Source: a virus (lineage: Duplodnaviria > Caudoviricetes). From it: 50,132 bases of DNA. The translations under genes were made by a program, and so were the position numbers. The notes under the pieces were generated by a model. It saw only the letters and a program-made list of their open reading frames with translations, was not told the origin of the DNA and did not search any database. The stretch is from positions 1 to 50,132 of IMG/VR virus record IMGVR_UViG_3300036770_001455. One strand, given 5' to 3'. Shown in pieces: positions 35,146 to 44,029 of this stretch; position 1 is the stretch's first letter, and every line of letters starts with the position of its first letter.

Positions 35146-35399
35146 CCAAAGAGGCTGTCGAAGGCGGGCTGCATTACATCCTCAACAACTACGCTTTCCC
35201 GGTTGTGGTAGCAGTCGCCGCTGGCTGGATGCTCCGCAATGACGTGCTAATCCCACTCACCGAAGAGCATCGCGCCCTGATCCGCACAGTAAGCGAGACG
35301 CAACGCGAGATCGCCAAGAGCGTCGAGGAGCAGACGCGGCTCCTCTATGCGTTGATGCCAAAGGAGTCGAGAAAGACCCTAGACCAGCAAGGCGAGTAG
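35142..35399 (+). CDS. Holin-like protein (single TM plus coiled coil)
   Basis: YAFPVVVAVAAGWML then heptad-like tail; BhlA/UviB-like layout. Confidence 0.55.
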   Translation: MTKEAVEGGLHYILNNYAFPVVVAVAAGWMLRNDVLIPLTEEHRALIRTVSETQREIAKSVEEQTRLLYALMPKESRKTLDQQGE

Positions 35400-35735
35400 A
35401 TGCCGCAGAGAGTGCCAGCGTTCCGAGCGCCTCGCGTGAGGATGCACCGGGCGAAGCGAGAGGAGAACCGGCCCAACGCCTACCGGCGTGGCTACGTCGA
35501 CTCCAAGCATTTCGCCTGGCGACAGGCTGTGCTACTGCGTGACAACTGGCAATGCCAGGACTGCGGGCGGATCTGCGGGAACAAACGCGAGGCCCACGCG
35601 GATCACATCTCGCCGATCGTCGCGGGCACCGATCACTGCGAGGATGGACGCAGCAGGTATGACGTTGAGGGCGGGCAATGCTTGTGCGTGCGTTGCCACT
35701 CACGCAAGACCGCGACCGAGCAGGAAAAAAAGTAG
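35400..35735 (+). CDS. Terminase-associated HNH endonuclease (HK97 gp74-like)
   Basis: RGY...W R..VL.RD...CQDC...HADHI...LC.RCHSRKT. Confidence 0.9.
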   Translation: MPQRVPAFRAPRVRMHRAKREENRPNAYRRGYVDSKHFAWRQAVLLRDNWQCQDCGRICGNKREAHADHISPIVAGTDHCEDGRSRYDVEGGQCLCVRCHSRKTATEQEKK

Positions 35736-35742
35736 ACACCCC

Positions 35743-35831
35743 ATACCCCCCCATATTTGGGTATGCCAAAAATGGCGAACCACGGTTGTAACCACAAGAT
35801 TTGCGCCCGCAGGTTTTGACTGGGGGGGTAT
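35743..35831. other. Putative cos/packaging site
   Basis: 11-bp inverted repeat ATACCCCCCCA/TGGGGGGGTAT around central GGTTgtAACC, between HNH and terminase genes. Confidence 0.5.
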
Positions 35832-35867
35832 CGTGCGGTTTTCCCGCAGAAAAACGGAACACGCAGA

Positions 35868-37064
35868 ATGAACATCCGCAACCGCGTCAAAGCCCTTCGG
35901 ACTGTCAAGGCGTCGGAGTTGTTTCCCAACCCGAAAAACTGGCGGACGCATCCCAAGGCACAGCAGGACGCACTCAAGGGAATCTTGGCTGAAGTCGGCT
36001 ACGCCGATGCCTTGCTCGCCCGCGAGTTGCCAGATGGCTCGCTCATGCTGGTGGACGGTCACTTGCGTGCCGAGACCACGCCCGAGCAAGAGGTGCCGGT
36101 TCTCATCCTCGACATCAATGAGGCGGAAGCCGACAAGCTGCTCCTATCGCTCGACCCGCTCGCGGCGTTGGCCGAGACGAACGCCCAGGCTCTCGACGCC
36201 TTGCTCCGCGAGGTGGACACCGGAAGCGAAGGGCTCCAGCAGATGTACGCCGACATGGCCGAGGCGGCAGAGCTCTACCAAGACGGCGACAAAGACATCG
36301 TCGAGGACGAGGTGCCAGAGCCGCCCGTCGATCCGATCACGAAGCCGGGCGACCTGTGGCTACTTGGCGAACACCGCCTGTTGTGCGGCGATTCAACAAA
36401 GGCTGAAGACGTTGCGCGACTGATGGCTGGGGCGAAGGCGAACTGCATGGTCACCGATCCGCCTTACGGCATCGGTATTGCGTCCAATCCGGTCAGGCAA
36501 AAGCACGCGAAAGCCGATTGGGATGCAAAGCCGGTCGAGCCGAGAGCGTTCGTTGAATCTGTTTCACAGTCGATCGTGTGGGGTGGCAACTACTTCGATC
36601 TGCCGCCCGCGAAAGGTTTTTTCGTGTGGGACAAGAAACAGCCAGAAGACTTGACTCTGGCGATGTGCGAGATGGCATGGACTAACGTCGACACCCCAGC
36701 AAAAATGTTTCGCCTATCTGTCACGTCCTACGACAAGGAGCACCCGACACAAAAGCCCGTCGGTCTCATTGCGTGGTGTCTTTCTTACGCAGGCGGCGAC
36801 GTGTTCGACCCCTTCCTCGGCTCTGGCACCACGCTCATCGCCGCCGAGCAACTGGGCCGCAAGTGCTACGGCATGGAGATCAGCCCGCAGTATTGCGACG
36901 TGATCGTAAAGCGGTGGGAGACGCTGACCGGCAAGAAGGCAACACTGGAGGATTCCGATGGGCAAGCGAGGGCCACGCAAAGAGCCGACGATCATCAAGA
37001 TCGCCAAGGGCAACCCCGGCAAAAGGCCGCTGAACAAAAGCGAACCAAAGCCGCCAAGCGATGA
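35868..37064 (+). CDS. ParB-N plus DNA methyltransferase (N6-A/N4-C) fusion
   Basis: NPKNWRTH, VDGHLR; GDLW.LG.HRLLCGDST, TDPPY, HPTQKP, DPFLGSGTT. Confidence 0.92.
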   Translation: MNIRNRVKALRTVKASELFPNPKNWRTHPKAQQDALKGILAEVGYADALLARELPDGSLMLVDGHLRAETTPEQEVPVLILDINEAEADKLLLSLDPLAALAETNAQALDALLREVDTGSEGLQQMYADMAEAAELYQDGDKDIVEDEVPEPPVDPITKPGDLWLLGEHRLLCGDSTKAEDVARLMAGAKANCMVTDPPYGIGIASNPVRQKHAKADWDAKPVEPRAFVESVSQSIVWGGNYFDLPPAKGFFVWDKKQPEDLTLAMCEMAWTNVDTPAKMFRLSVTSYDKEHPTQKPVGLIAWCLSYAGGDVFDPFLGSGTTLIAAEQLGRKCYGMEISPQYCDVIVKRWETLTGKKATLEDSDGQARATQRADDHQDRQGQPRQKAAEQKRTKAAKR

Positions 37065-37461
37065 CATCACGCCGCCCGAGTGGGTGACGGGCGTGGCCCG
37101 CGAGAAGTGGGATAACGTCGTGCCGAAACTCATCGGCATGGGCGTGATGACGAACGCCGACGTAGACACGATTGCCCGCTACTGCACGATGCACGAGCAG
37201 TTCGTGAAGTACCTCGACCAGTGCCGTCGCGGGCTTGACGTGCTCGTGATCCGTGACGATGTCGGTAAGGTGAAGTACATGCAGTCAACGCCTGCCGCGA
37301 CGATGCTGTCGAAGTTGGCCGCGTCGATGCTGCGGATCGAGCAAGAGTTCGGGCTGACTCCATCGGCCAGGAGCGGATTGAGTGGCACGCAAGGCCAGCA
37401 ACAAGAGAGCGTCATTGAAAAGTTCCGACGCCTCAAGGCTGCCTCCGAAACGGCGGGCTGA
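36958..37461 (+). CDS. terS: Terminase small subunit (P27 family)
   Basis: GKRGP...GNPGKRPLN..EP...EFGLTPSAR. Confidence 0.92.
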   Translation: MGKRGPRKEPTIIKIAKGNPGKRPLNKSEPKPPSDDITPPEWVTGVAREKWDNVVPKLIGMGVMTNADVDTIARYCTMHEQFVKYLDQCRRGLDVLVIRDDVGKVKYMQSTPAATMLSKLAASMLRIEQEFGLTPSARSGLSGTQGQQQESVIEKFRRLKAASETAG

Positions 37462-39028
37462 GGAAGTTGACGGCTACCACTGGGACGAGAACAGATCCCA
37501 GCTAGTCATCAACTTCCTAGAGTCTGTCTGCGTCCACACCAAAGACTCGCCGACTGCGAAGGCTGGCGAGCCGATGCGGCTTCTGGAGTGGCACAAGCAC
37601 GATGTGATCGAGCCGCTCTACGGGTGGCGAACCGAAGAAGGGCTGCGGCGGTATCGGCTCGCGTATCTAGAAGTGCCTAAGAAAAATGCGAAGTCCACGA
37701 TTCTCTCGTGCCTCTCGATCTGGCACCTGCTCATGGAGGGCGAAGGCGAACTTGGGTGCATCGCGGCGAAGGATCGCAACCAGGCGGCGATCATCTTTGA
37801 CGAGACTGCCGCGATGGTGAAGCGGTCGCCGGAACTGGCGGCATCGCTGGAGGTGGTGGATTCCCGCAAGACGATCGTTTGTGCTGCCACCGGGTCGAGT
37901 ATGCGTGTGATCTCGCGTGACGCCGGGGCGGCTGAAGGCCCGTCCTACTCGTTTGTGTTCTGTGACGAGTTGCACGCATGGCCCGATCGTCGGCTCTTTG
38001 AGGCGTTGCGGTACTCAGGCCGATCTCGCCGGGAGCCGCTGCTGGCGACGATCACGACGGCGGGCAGTTCGCGTGACACGATCTGCTGGGAGCAGCACGA
38101 GTACGCAGAGCAGGTGATGGCCGACCCGAACTACGATCCCCGCTTTTACGGCAAGATCTTCGGGGCAAAGACAGACGGCAGCGAGGACTACTTTGATCCG
38201 AAGACTTGGCGGCGATGCAATCCAGGCATGGGCATCACGATGACCGAGGAGTCGTTTGCCGCCGATGCCCAGGAGGCTCGCAACAAGGCGACCAAGCTGA
38301 ACGGGTGGCTGCGGTACTCGCTGGGGGTGTGGACCGAGAGCACGAATCGCTGGCTCGATCCCGAGAAGTGGGCCGATTGCAGCGAGAAGCCGCCGACGCC
38401 GCTGGCTGGCAGGAAGTGCATCCTCGGCATGGACTTGTCGAAGAGCACTGACCTCTCGGCGTGCGTGGCGTTGTTCCCGAATGATGACGGCACGTTTGAC
38501 GTTGACCCGATGTTTTGGGCACCTCGTGATCTCATCATGGAACGCGAGCGGACAGACCGGCAGCCGTTTCAGCACTGGGTGAATCAGGGGTTCATCACGG
38601 CGACTGACGGCAACGTGATCGACCACTCAAAGATTCGTGAATACGTGCTGGAATATGCGAAGCGGCACAGCGTCGAGCACGTCTACATGGACATCCACGG
38701 AGCGGTGCAGTTGTCGGTTGAACTGCAAGGGGCGGGGCTTGCGGTGGAATCATACGGACAAGGATTTCGCCACATGTCAGGGCCGACTCGCCTGCTTGAG
38801 CGGCTCGTCTTGGAGCGAAAGATCCGGCACGGCGGCAACCCCGTTCTGTCGTGGATGGCCGGTTGCGTGACGGTGGAGACCAATGCGTTTGAGGACGTGC
38901 GGCCAGTGAAGAAGAAATCCACGGGCCGCATCGACGGCATCGTGGCATTGATCTTCGCTCTCGGCGGCTATGAGGCTCAGTCGATCGCGAACGCCGCTGG
39001 CACCAACCCCGAGATCTTCTTCATATGA
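37382..39028 (+). CDS. terL: Terminase large subunit (start uncertain)
   Basis: PKKNAKS, FCDELH, ITTAG, GMDLSKSTDL, RIDGIVA. Confidence 0.95.
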   Translation: MARKASNKRASLKSSDASRLPPKRRAEEVDGYHWDENRSQLVINFLESVCVHTKDSPTAKAGEPMRLLEWHKHDVIEPLYGWRTEEGLRRYRLAYLEVPKKNAKSTILSCLSIWHLLMEGEGELGCIAAKDRNQAAIIFDETAAMVKRSPELAASLEVVDSRKTIVCAATGSSMRVISRDAGAAEGPSYSFVFCDELHAWPDRRLFEALRYSGRSRREPLLATITTAGSSRDTICWEQHEYAEQVMADPNYDPRFYGKIFGAKTDGSEDYFDPKTWRRCNPGMGITMTEESFAADAQEARNKATKLNGWLRYSLGVWTESTNRWLDPEKWADCSEKPPTPLAGRKCILGMDLSKSTDLSACVALFPNDDGTFDVDPMFWAPRDLIMERERTDRQPFQHWVNQGFITATDGNVIDHSKIREYVLEYAKRHSVEHVYMDIHGAVQLSVELQGAGLAVESYGQGFRHMSGPTRLLERLVLERKIRHGGNPVLSWMAGCVTVETNAFEDVRPVKKKSTGRIDGIVALIFALGGYEAQSIANAAGTNPEIFFI

Positions 39029-40869
39029 GCGTCACCACCCGCGACACCAACCGGATTCTCTGGCTCCCCGGCGAGGAGCGGATGTGGGATGACGAGGGCT
39101 CAAGCCGGTCTGCCGCTGGCGTGCGGATCACGAGCGACAACGCATTGCAGGTGACGGCGGTATTCGCCTGCCTGCGGATTCTTGGCGAGACGGTCGCCAG
39201 CCTGCCTCTGCATCTTCTGGAGCGGATGGCGGAAGGCGGCAAGCGGCAAGCCCGCGAGGTGCCTCTGTATCGGCTCCTGCATCAGCAACCGAACGATTGG
39301 CAGACATCGTTTGAGTGGCGAGAGCAAGCCGTGCTGCACATCGGCTTGTGGGGTGACGCCTATTCCGAGATCAAGGGTGCTGGCACTGGCACGCAACTGA
39401 TCCCGTTGCACCCGAGCCGCATGAAGGTGGAGCGGATCGAGAACGGTCGACTTCGGTACAAGTACCGCGAGGATCGCGGCAGCGAAACCGTCTACTCGCA
39501 GGATCAGATCCTCCACCTTCGCGGCCCGAGCGATGACGGCGTGCATGGCATCTCGATCGTGGAGAGTTGCAAGGACGCGATCGCGCTGGCGCGGGCGTGC
39601 GAACTCCACGGCGCGAGATTCTTTGGCAACGGTGCCCGTCCTGGCTTCGTGCTGTCCACCGATGGGCAATTGAACGCCGAGGCCCGCGAGCAGCTTCGGA
39701 GCCAGTGGGATCGTCGGCATGGGGGAGTGGGAAATTCCCACTCGACGGCGGTGCTCACGGGCGGGCTGAAGCCCTACGACATCCCGCAGATCAACAACAC
39801 CGACGCTCAGTTCATCGACGCTCGCCGCTACCAGTTGGAAGAGATCGCCCGGCTCTTCCGCGTGCCCATGCACCTGCTTGGCGTCATGAACGGCGGGTAC
39901 GGCTCGATCGAGCACGCCGGTCTCGACTTCGTGCAGCACACGATTCTGCCGTGGCTGCGTCGGTTTGAGTCTGCCTTCATGCGTGACCTGATCGCAGACG
40001 ATGACCGCTATCTGGTGGAGTTCGACGTTCGCGGGCTCTTGCGTGGCGATGCCGCGAGCCGGTCGGCGTACTACCGTGCGATGTGGGACATCGGGGCTCT
40101 CAGCACGAATGACATTCTGGAGTTGGAGAACCGCAACCCGGTCGAGGGTGGCGACACCCGCTACCGCCCGCTCAACATGGGCACGCTTGGTGCCGACCCG
40201 AGCGAGGCGGACGTTCTCGCCCAACAGCAGCCGGGCAGCGGCATCGACGGGCAGGCGGTCGAGGGCGGGTTGGATGCGGCCACGGAACCGGCCACGGCTG
40301 CGGAGCCGCAGGTCGCCGACGTGAGCCTCAACGGCGCCCAGATCACGGGGCTGATCGCCATCATTCAGTCGGTGGTCGACGGGCTGGTAAATCGTGAAGG
40401 GGCGGCAGCGATGATCTCGGCATCGTTCCCGAGTATGAACACCGATCAGATTGCCGCGATCCTGGCTGGGGTGGTTGAGCGTCAGCCGGTCGCCGAGGCT
40501 CCTGCTGTGGAGCCGGAGCAGGTTGTCGAACAAGTCTCCGAGCGTGCTGCTCCCGGAAGCGTTGTCGAAGGTGACTTCGTCTCATGGGATTCGTCTGGCG
40601 GTCGTGCCCGTGGGCGAATCGACCACGTCATGGACTACGGCACGCTGGACATCCCCGGCACTGACTTCAAGATCGAGGCGAGCGAGGAAGATCCGGCGGC
40701 ACTCATCACGGTCTACGAAGAGGTGAGCGGCGGCTGGCGTGCGACCGATACGCAAGTCGGGCACAAGGTCGCAACGCTCACCAAGATCGAACCGCTGCCT
40801 GAGCCGCCGGCAGTGGAGGAGAACGCCTACGGCAAGCCGAAGCGGAAAGGGCGGAAGCGTGGCAGCTAG
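39025..40869 (+). CDS. HK97-family portal protein with C-terminal extension
   Basis: AL...AVFAC..IL...ASLPL, PN..QT.FE, FF.NGA.P, EEIARLFRVP, LLRGD. Confidence 0.95.
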   Translation: MSVTTRDTNRILWLPGEERMWDDEGSSRSAAGVRITSDNALQVTAVFACLRILGETVASLPLHLLERMAEGGKRQAREVPLYRLLHQQPNDWQTSFEWREQAVLHIGLWGDAYSEIKGAGTGTQLIPLHPSRMKVERIENGRLRYKYREDRGSETVYSQDQILHLRGPSDDGVHGISIVESCKDAIALARACELHGARFFGNGARPGFVLSTDGQLNAEAREQLRSQWDRRHGGVGNSHSTAVLTGGLKPYDIPQINNTDAQFIDARRYQLEEIARLFRVPMHLLGVMNGGYGSIEHAGLDFVQHTILPWLRRFESAFMRDLIADDDRYLVEFDVRGLLRGDAASRSAYYRAMWDIGALSTNDILELENRNPVEGGDTRYRPLNMGTLGADPSEADVLAQQQPGSGIDGQAVEGGLDAATEPATAAEPQVADVSLNGAQITGLIAIIQSVVDGLVNREGAAAMISASFPSMNTDQIAAILAGVVERQPVAEAPAVEPEQVVEQVSERAAPGSVVEGDFVSWDSSGGRARGRIDHVMDYGTLDIPGTDFKIEASEEDPAALITVYEEVSGGWRATDTQVGHKVATLTKIEPLPEPPAVEENAYGKPKRKGRKRGS

Positions 40870-41875
40870 GTACGACCACATCGACTTCACGCCACCGGCT
40901 GGCGTGAGGGAGGAAGCGGCTAAAGGGCTTGCGTGGCGAAGCGAGTACGGACGCGGCGGCACGGCAGTCGGCGTTGCCCGCGCCAGAGACCTGAGCAACG
41001 GAGTGAACATCAGCCCCGACACGGCGAAGCGAATGGCGAGCTACTTCGCCCGGCACGAAGTGGACAAGCAAGGCGAAGGATGGAGCCCGAGTCAGGACGG
41101 CTTCCCAAGTGCGGGGCGCATCGCCTGGAGTTTGTGGGGCGGGGACGCCGGGCAGGCGTGGGCTAACAAACTTGTGCGGCAGATGAACGCGGCGGACGAG
41201 AACGACAGGAGTGCAACCATGAGCATCGAGCGACGGGCGATTGCGATCGACGAAGTGGAATCCGCTGTGCCGCTTCTGGCGGTCGAGAGCCGCAGCGAAG
41301 ATGACGGCAGCGAGCGTGAATACATCGTCGGCTACGCGGCGAAGTTCGGCGTGTTGTCGCTGGACCTGGGCGACTTCGTGGAGCGGATTGATCCGGCTGC
41401 GTTCGGCATCGTCAGCGAGCGTCGCGGGCGGAAGAAGCCGCTGGAGACGCGGGCTCTCTGGAACCACGACCCGAACTATCCGCTTGCGAGGTTTCCCGGC
41501 ACGCTGTCAATGCGGGTTGATGATGTGGGGCTGCGGTATGAGTTCCCAGTGCCCGACACGACCTACGGGCGAGACATCGCCGCGAACATCCGGGCGGGCA
41601 TCGTCAAGGGAAGTTCTTTCAGCTTCACCGTTCCCAGCGGCGGCGACTCGTGGGCGATCGAGGACGGTCGCAGCGTGCGGACGATCAACCGGATTGACTC
41701 GCTCCTCGATGTCGGGCCGGTGACGTTTCCGGCGTACCCGGATGCAGACGTGACGGTTGCTCAGCGTTCGTATGATGCCTTCCGCCAGCAGTCGGAGGCG
41801 GCGATTGCCCGCCGGGTTGCGGCTGCGAAGCGAGCGAATGATCTCCGCGAGTATCTCAAGACGCATGGCCGCTAA
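40859..41875 (+). CDS. HK97-type prohead protease with N-terminal extra domain
   Basis: GYAAKF, F.E.I...AF, LWNHD, GSSFSF, DVGPVTFPAY. Confidence 0.9.
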   Translation: MAARYDHIDFTPPAGVREEAAKGLAWRSEYGRGGTAVGVARARDLSNGVNISPDTAKRMASYFARHEVDKQGEGWSPSQDGFPSAGRIAWSLWGGDAGQAWANKLVRQMNAADENDRSATMSIERRAIAIDEVESAVPLLAVESRSEDDGSEREYIVGYAAKFGVLSLDLGDFVERIDPAAFGIVSERRGRKKPLETRALWNHDPNYPLARFPGTLSMRVDDVGLRYEFPVPDTTYGRDIAANIRAGIVKGSSFSFTVPSGGDSWAIEDGRSVRTINRIDSLLDVGPVTFPAYPDADVTVAQRSYDAFRQQSEAAIARRVAAAKRANDLREYLKTHGR

Positions 41876-42041
41876 GTCGGGCGATCTCTGTGAGCGTTGC
41901 GGTCGTGGGCGGCTGAACGTCGCGTCGTCGCAATCGCGTGGCGAGTACCAGACTCGCTATCTGCGGTGCCAGTGCTGCGGTGCCACGGCAAAGAGCGTGG
42001 TGCCAGCGGAGTACATCCGCCGCCGCACGCTTCCTTCCTAG
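41865..42041 (+). CDS. Small zinc-ribbon protein (Ogr/Delta-like)
   Basis: CERC...V.SS...RYLRCQCCG. Confidence 0.65.
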   Translation: MAAKSGDLCERCGRGRLNVASSQSRGEYQTRYLRCQCCGATAKSVVPAEYIRRRTLPS

Positions 42042-42061
42042 TAAAAGACGCGGCTGCGTTT

Positions 42062-42098
42062 CTGGATGGGTGGGGGTTTGGATTCCTAGCGTGAGGGT
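42062..42098 (+). promoter_or_regulatory. Putative capsid promoter (class A)
   Basis: CTGGATG starts 25 nt before TAGCGT GAGGG. Confidence 0.45.
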
Positions 42099-42145
42099 AT
42101 CGGCGTCGTGGAGATGCCGTTTCCCGAACACAAGGAGTTCGCCTC

Positions 42146-43510
42146 GTGGACAAGATCAAGGCACTGCTCGACGAACTGGCCGCCGTTGTCGCTGAGATGG
42201 AAGCGATGACCGATGACGCCCCCGAGGGTGAAGAGGCCGCTCCCATGACTGAGGAGCAAGAGGCTTCGCTGCGGAGCCTGACCGAGCGTGCTGACAAGCT
42301 CCGCGAGCGGATCGAGTTCCTCGAAAAAGTCCGTGCCAAGGAACTGGAGTTGCGGTCCGTGCTGGAGCGGGCCGCCCCTGTCAAGGCTGTGATCGAAACC
42401 CCTGAGGTCAAGGAGACTGCCGTGGAGACTCGTGAATACGCGGTGCCGAAGGCTCACAACAGCCTGCGGGCGTTCAAGGATGCCGAGAGTGCCTACCGGG
42501 CCGGAATGCACATCAAGGGCTTCGTGTTCGGTGATGCCGAAGCCCGGCGGTGGTGCAAAGACCACGGCGTCGAAAGCCGCGTTCAGGCCGGTGGCGTGAA
42601 TGCCCTCGGTGGTGTGCTCGTGGCTCCTGAGATGAGCAACGAGATCATCCGGCTCGTCGAAGAGTACGGCGCGTTCCCGCAGTACGCTCGCCGGGTGAGC
42701 ATGAGCAGCGACACGCTCGTGATCGCTCGCCGGACGGGTGGCCTCGCCGCTCGCCCGGTTGGCGAGAACGTCGAGGTGACTGCCAGCGACGTGACCTTCG
42801 ACAACGTCGAACTGTCGGCGAAGATTTGGGGCGTGGCGAACCGCGTTCCCAACTCGCTGCTCGAAGACTCCATCATCGACCTCGCCGATGCGATGGCTGT
42901 CGAAGTGGCCCAGGCGTTTGCTGAAGCCTTCGACAACTCCGGGTTCATCGGCGATGGCACGAGTGCCTACCACGGCGTGACCGGCATCTGCACCAAGGTG
43001 CTGGACGCCGCTCACACCGCTTCGGTCGTGACTGCTACTGGCAACGCGACTTTCGGTGCCCTGACGATGGCGAACTTCACCGACATGGTCGCCAAGCTCC
43101 CGCTCTACGCTCGCCGGAACGCTGCGTTCTACGTCAGCCCGGCTGGCTGGGGCTCTGCGATGCTGCGGCTCGCGATGCTGCCCGGCGGTGCCTCTGGCCC
43201 TGGCGGAAACAGCACGAGCGACGTGGCTGCCGGCTTCGGCGAGCGGTTCCTGGGCTATCCGGTGCGTCTGGTTCACTCGATGGAGTCGGCTCTTTCTGGC
43301 ACGACCGGCAAGGTGGCTGTGCTCTTCGGCGACCTCTCGCAGGCGGCGACCTTCGGCGAGCGTCGGGCTGTCTCGATCCGCACGGCTTCCGAGCGGTACA
43401 TCGAGTACGATCAGACCCTCACCTTCGCCACGACTCGCAATGCGATGGTCGTTCACGATCTCGGCAGCACGACCAAGGCTGGTCCGGTCGTGGCCCTCAA
43501 GTTCGGTTGA
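42146..43510 (+). CDS. Major capsid protein (HK97 fold, coiled-coil delta domain)
   Basis: GG.LV.PE...EII, V.E, LLEDS..DL, LGYPV, FGDL; AAGGAG RBS with GTG start. Confidence 0.95.
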   Translation: MDKIKALLDELAAVVAEMEAMTDDAPEGEEAAPMTEEQEASLRSLTERADKLRERIEFLEKVRAKELELRSVLERAAPVKAVIETPEVKETAVETREYAVPKAHNSLRAFKDAESAYRAGMHIKGFVFGDAEARRWCKDHGVESRVQAGGVNALGGVLVAPEMSNEIIRLVEEYGAFPQYARRVSMSSDTLVIARRTGGLAARPVGENVEVTASDVTFDNVELSAKIWGVANRVPNSLLEDSIIDLADAMAVEVAQAFAEAFDNSGFIGDGTSAYHGVTGICTKVLDAAHTASVVTATGNATFGALTMANFTDMVAKLPLYARRNAAFYVSPAGWGSAMLRLAMLPGGASGPGGNSTSDVAAGFGERFLGYPVRLVHSMESALSGTTGKVAVLFGDLSQAATFGERRAVSIRTASERYIEYDQTLTFATTRNAMVVHDLGSTTKAGPVVALKFG

Positions 43511-43542
43511 TCCACACCCCTTCCTACGGAGAACTCTGACAG

Positions 43543-43956
43543 ATGAACTACGTTGAAGCTAGTAAGACGGTAGCGAAGGTCGTGGACGGGGCGAGCATTG
43601 CCCACCCGATCGACTGCAAGGGCTACAGCCACGCCTCGATCGACGTGTGCTACGAGCCCGTCGCTGCGGCTGGCACTGCCTCTGCCGTTGCCACGGTGCT
43701 GAAGCTCCAGAGCAGCGACACGGACGGCTCCTATGCCGACCTGACGGGCTACGTCGGCGGCACGGATTTCACGGTTCCGACGCCGGCCAACACCAACGAC
43801 ACGGTCGTGGTGCGGTTCGATGTCGACCTGCGTGGCAAGAAGAGGTATTTGAACGTCGCTTCGACGCTCCAGACCTCGGGCGGCGTGGCCTCGGTCGTGC
43901 GTCTGAGCAAGGGCGAAGTCGGCGGTGCCAAGGGTGCCAACGTCTCGGTCGGCTGA
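43543..43956 (+). CDS. Capsid decoration/cement protein, putative
   Basis: IDCKGY...KLQSSD...Y.DL...KRYL; follows capsid gene. Confidence 0.7.
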   Translation: MNYVEASKTVAKVVDGASIAHPIDCKGYSHASIDVCYEPVAAAGTASAVATVLKLQSSDTDGSYADLTGYVGGTDFTVPTPANTNDTVVVRFDVDLRGKKRYLNVASTLQTSGGVASVVRLSKGEVGGAKGANVSVG

Positions 43957-43978
43957 CGCTTGACACAAGTGCAACTCT

Positions 43979-44020
43979 GAACGGGCGGCTCTCACTCGGG
44001 GGCCGCCCGTTCTCTTTTTG
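43979..44020 (+). terminator. Intrinsic terminator after capsid genes
   Basis: GAACGGGCGGC/GCCGCCCGTTC stem followed by TCTTTTT. Confidence 0.75.
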
Positions 44021-44029
44021 AGGTTGCAA

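Noticed and set aside
36958-37064. Methylase/terS overlap as recoding
   Set aside because: Simple overlap of a low-complexity tail; no slippery site seen
37675-37700. Atypical terminase Walker A (PKKNAKS)
   Set aside because: Within normal variation of this terminase family
39100-40533. Long antisense ORFs (also 9268-10578, 20102-21418, 42086-43456)
   Set aside because: Shadow ORFs expected from high-GC codon bias opposite real genes
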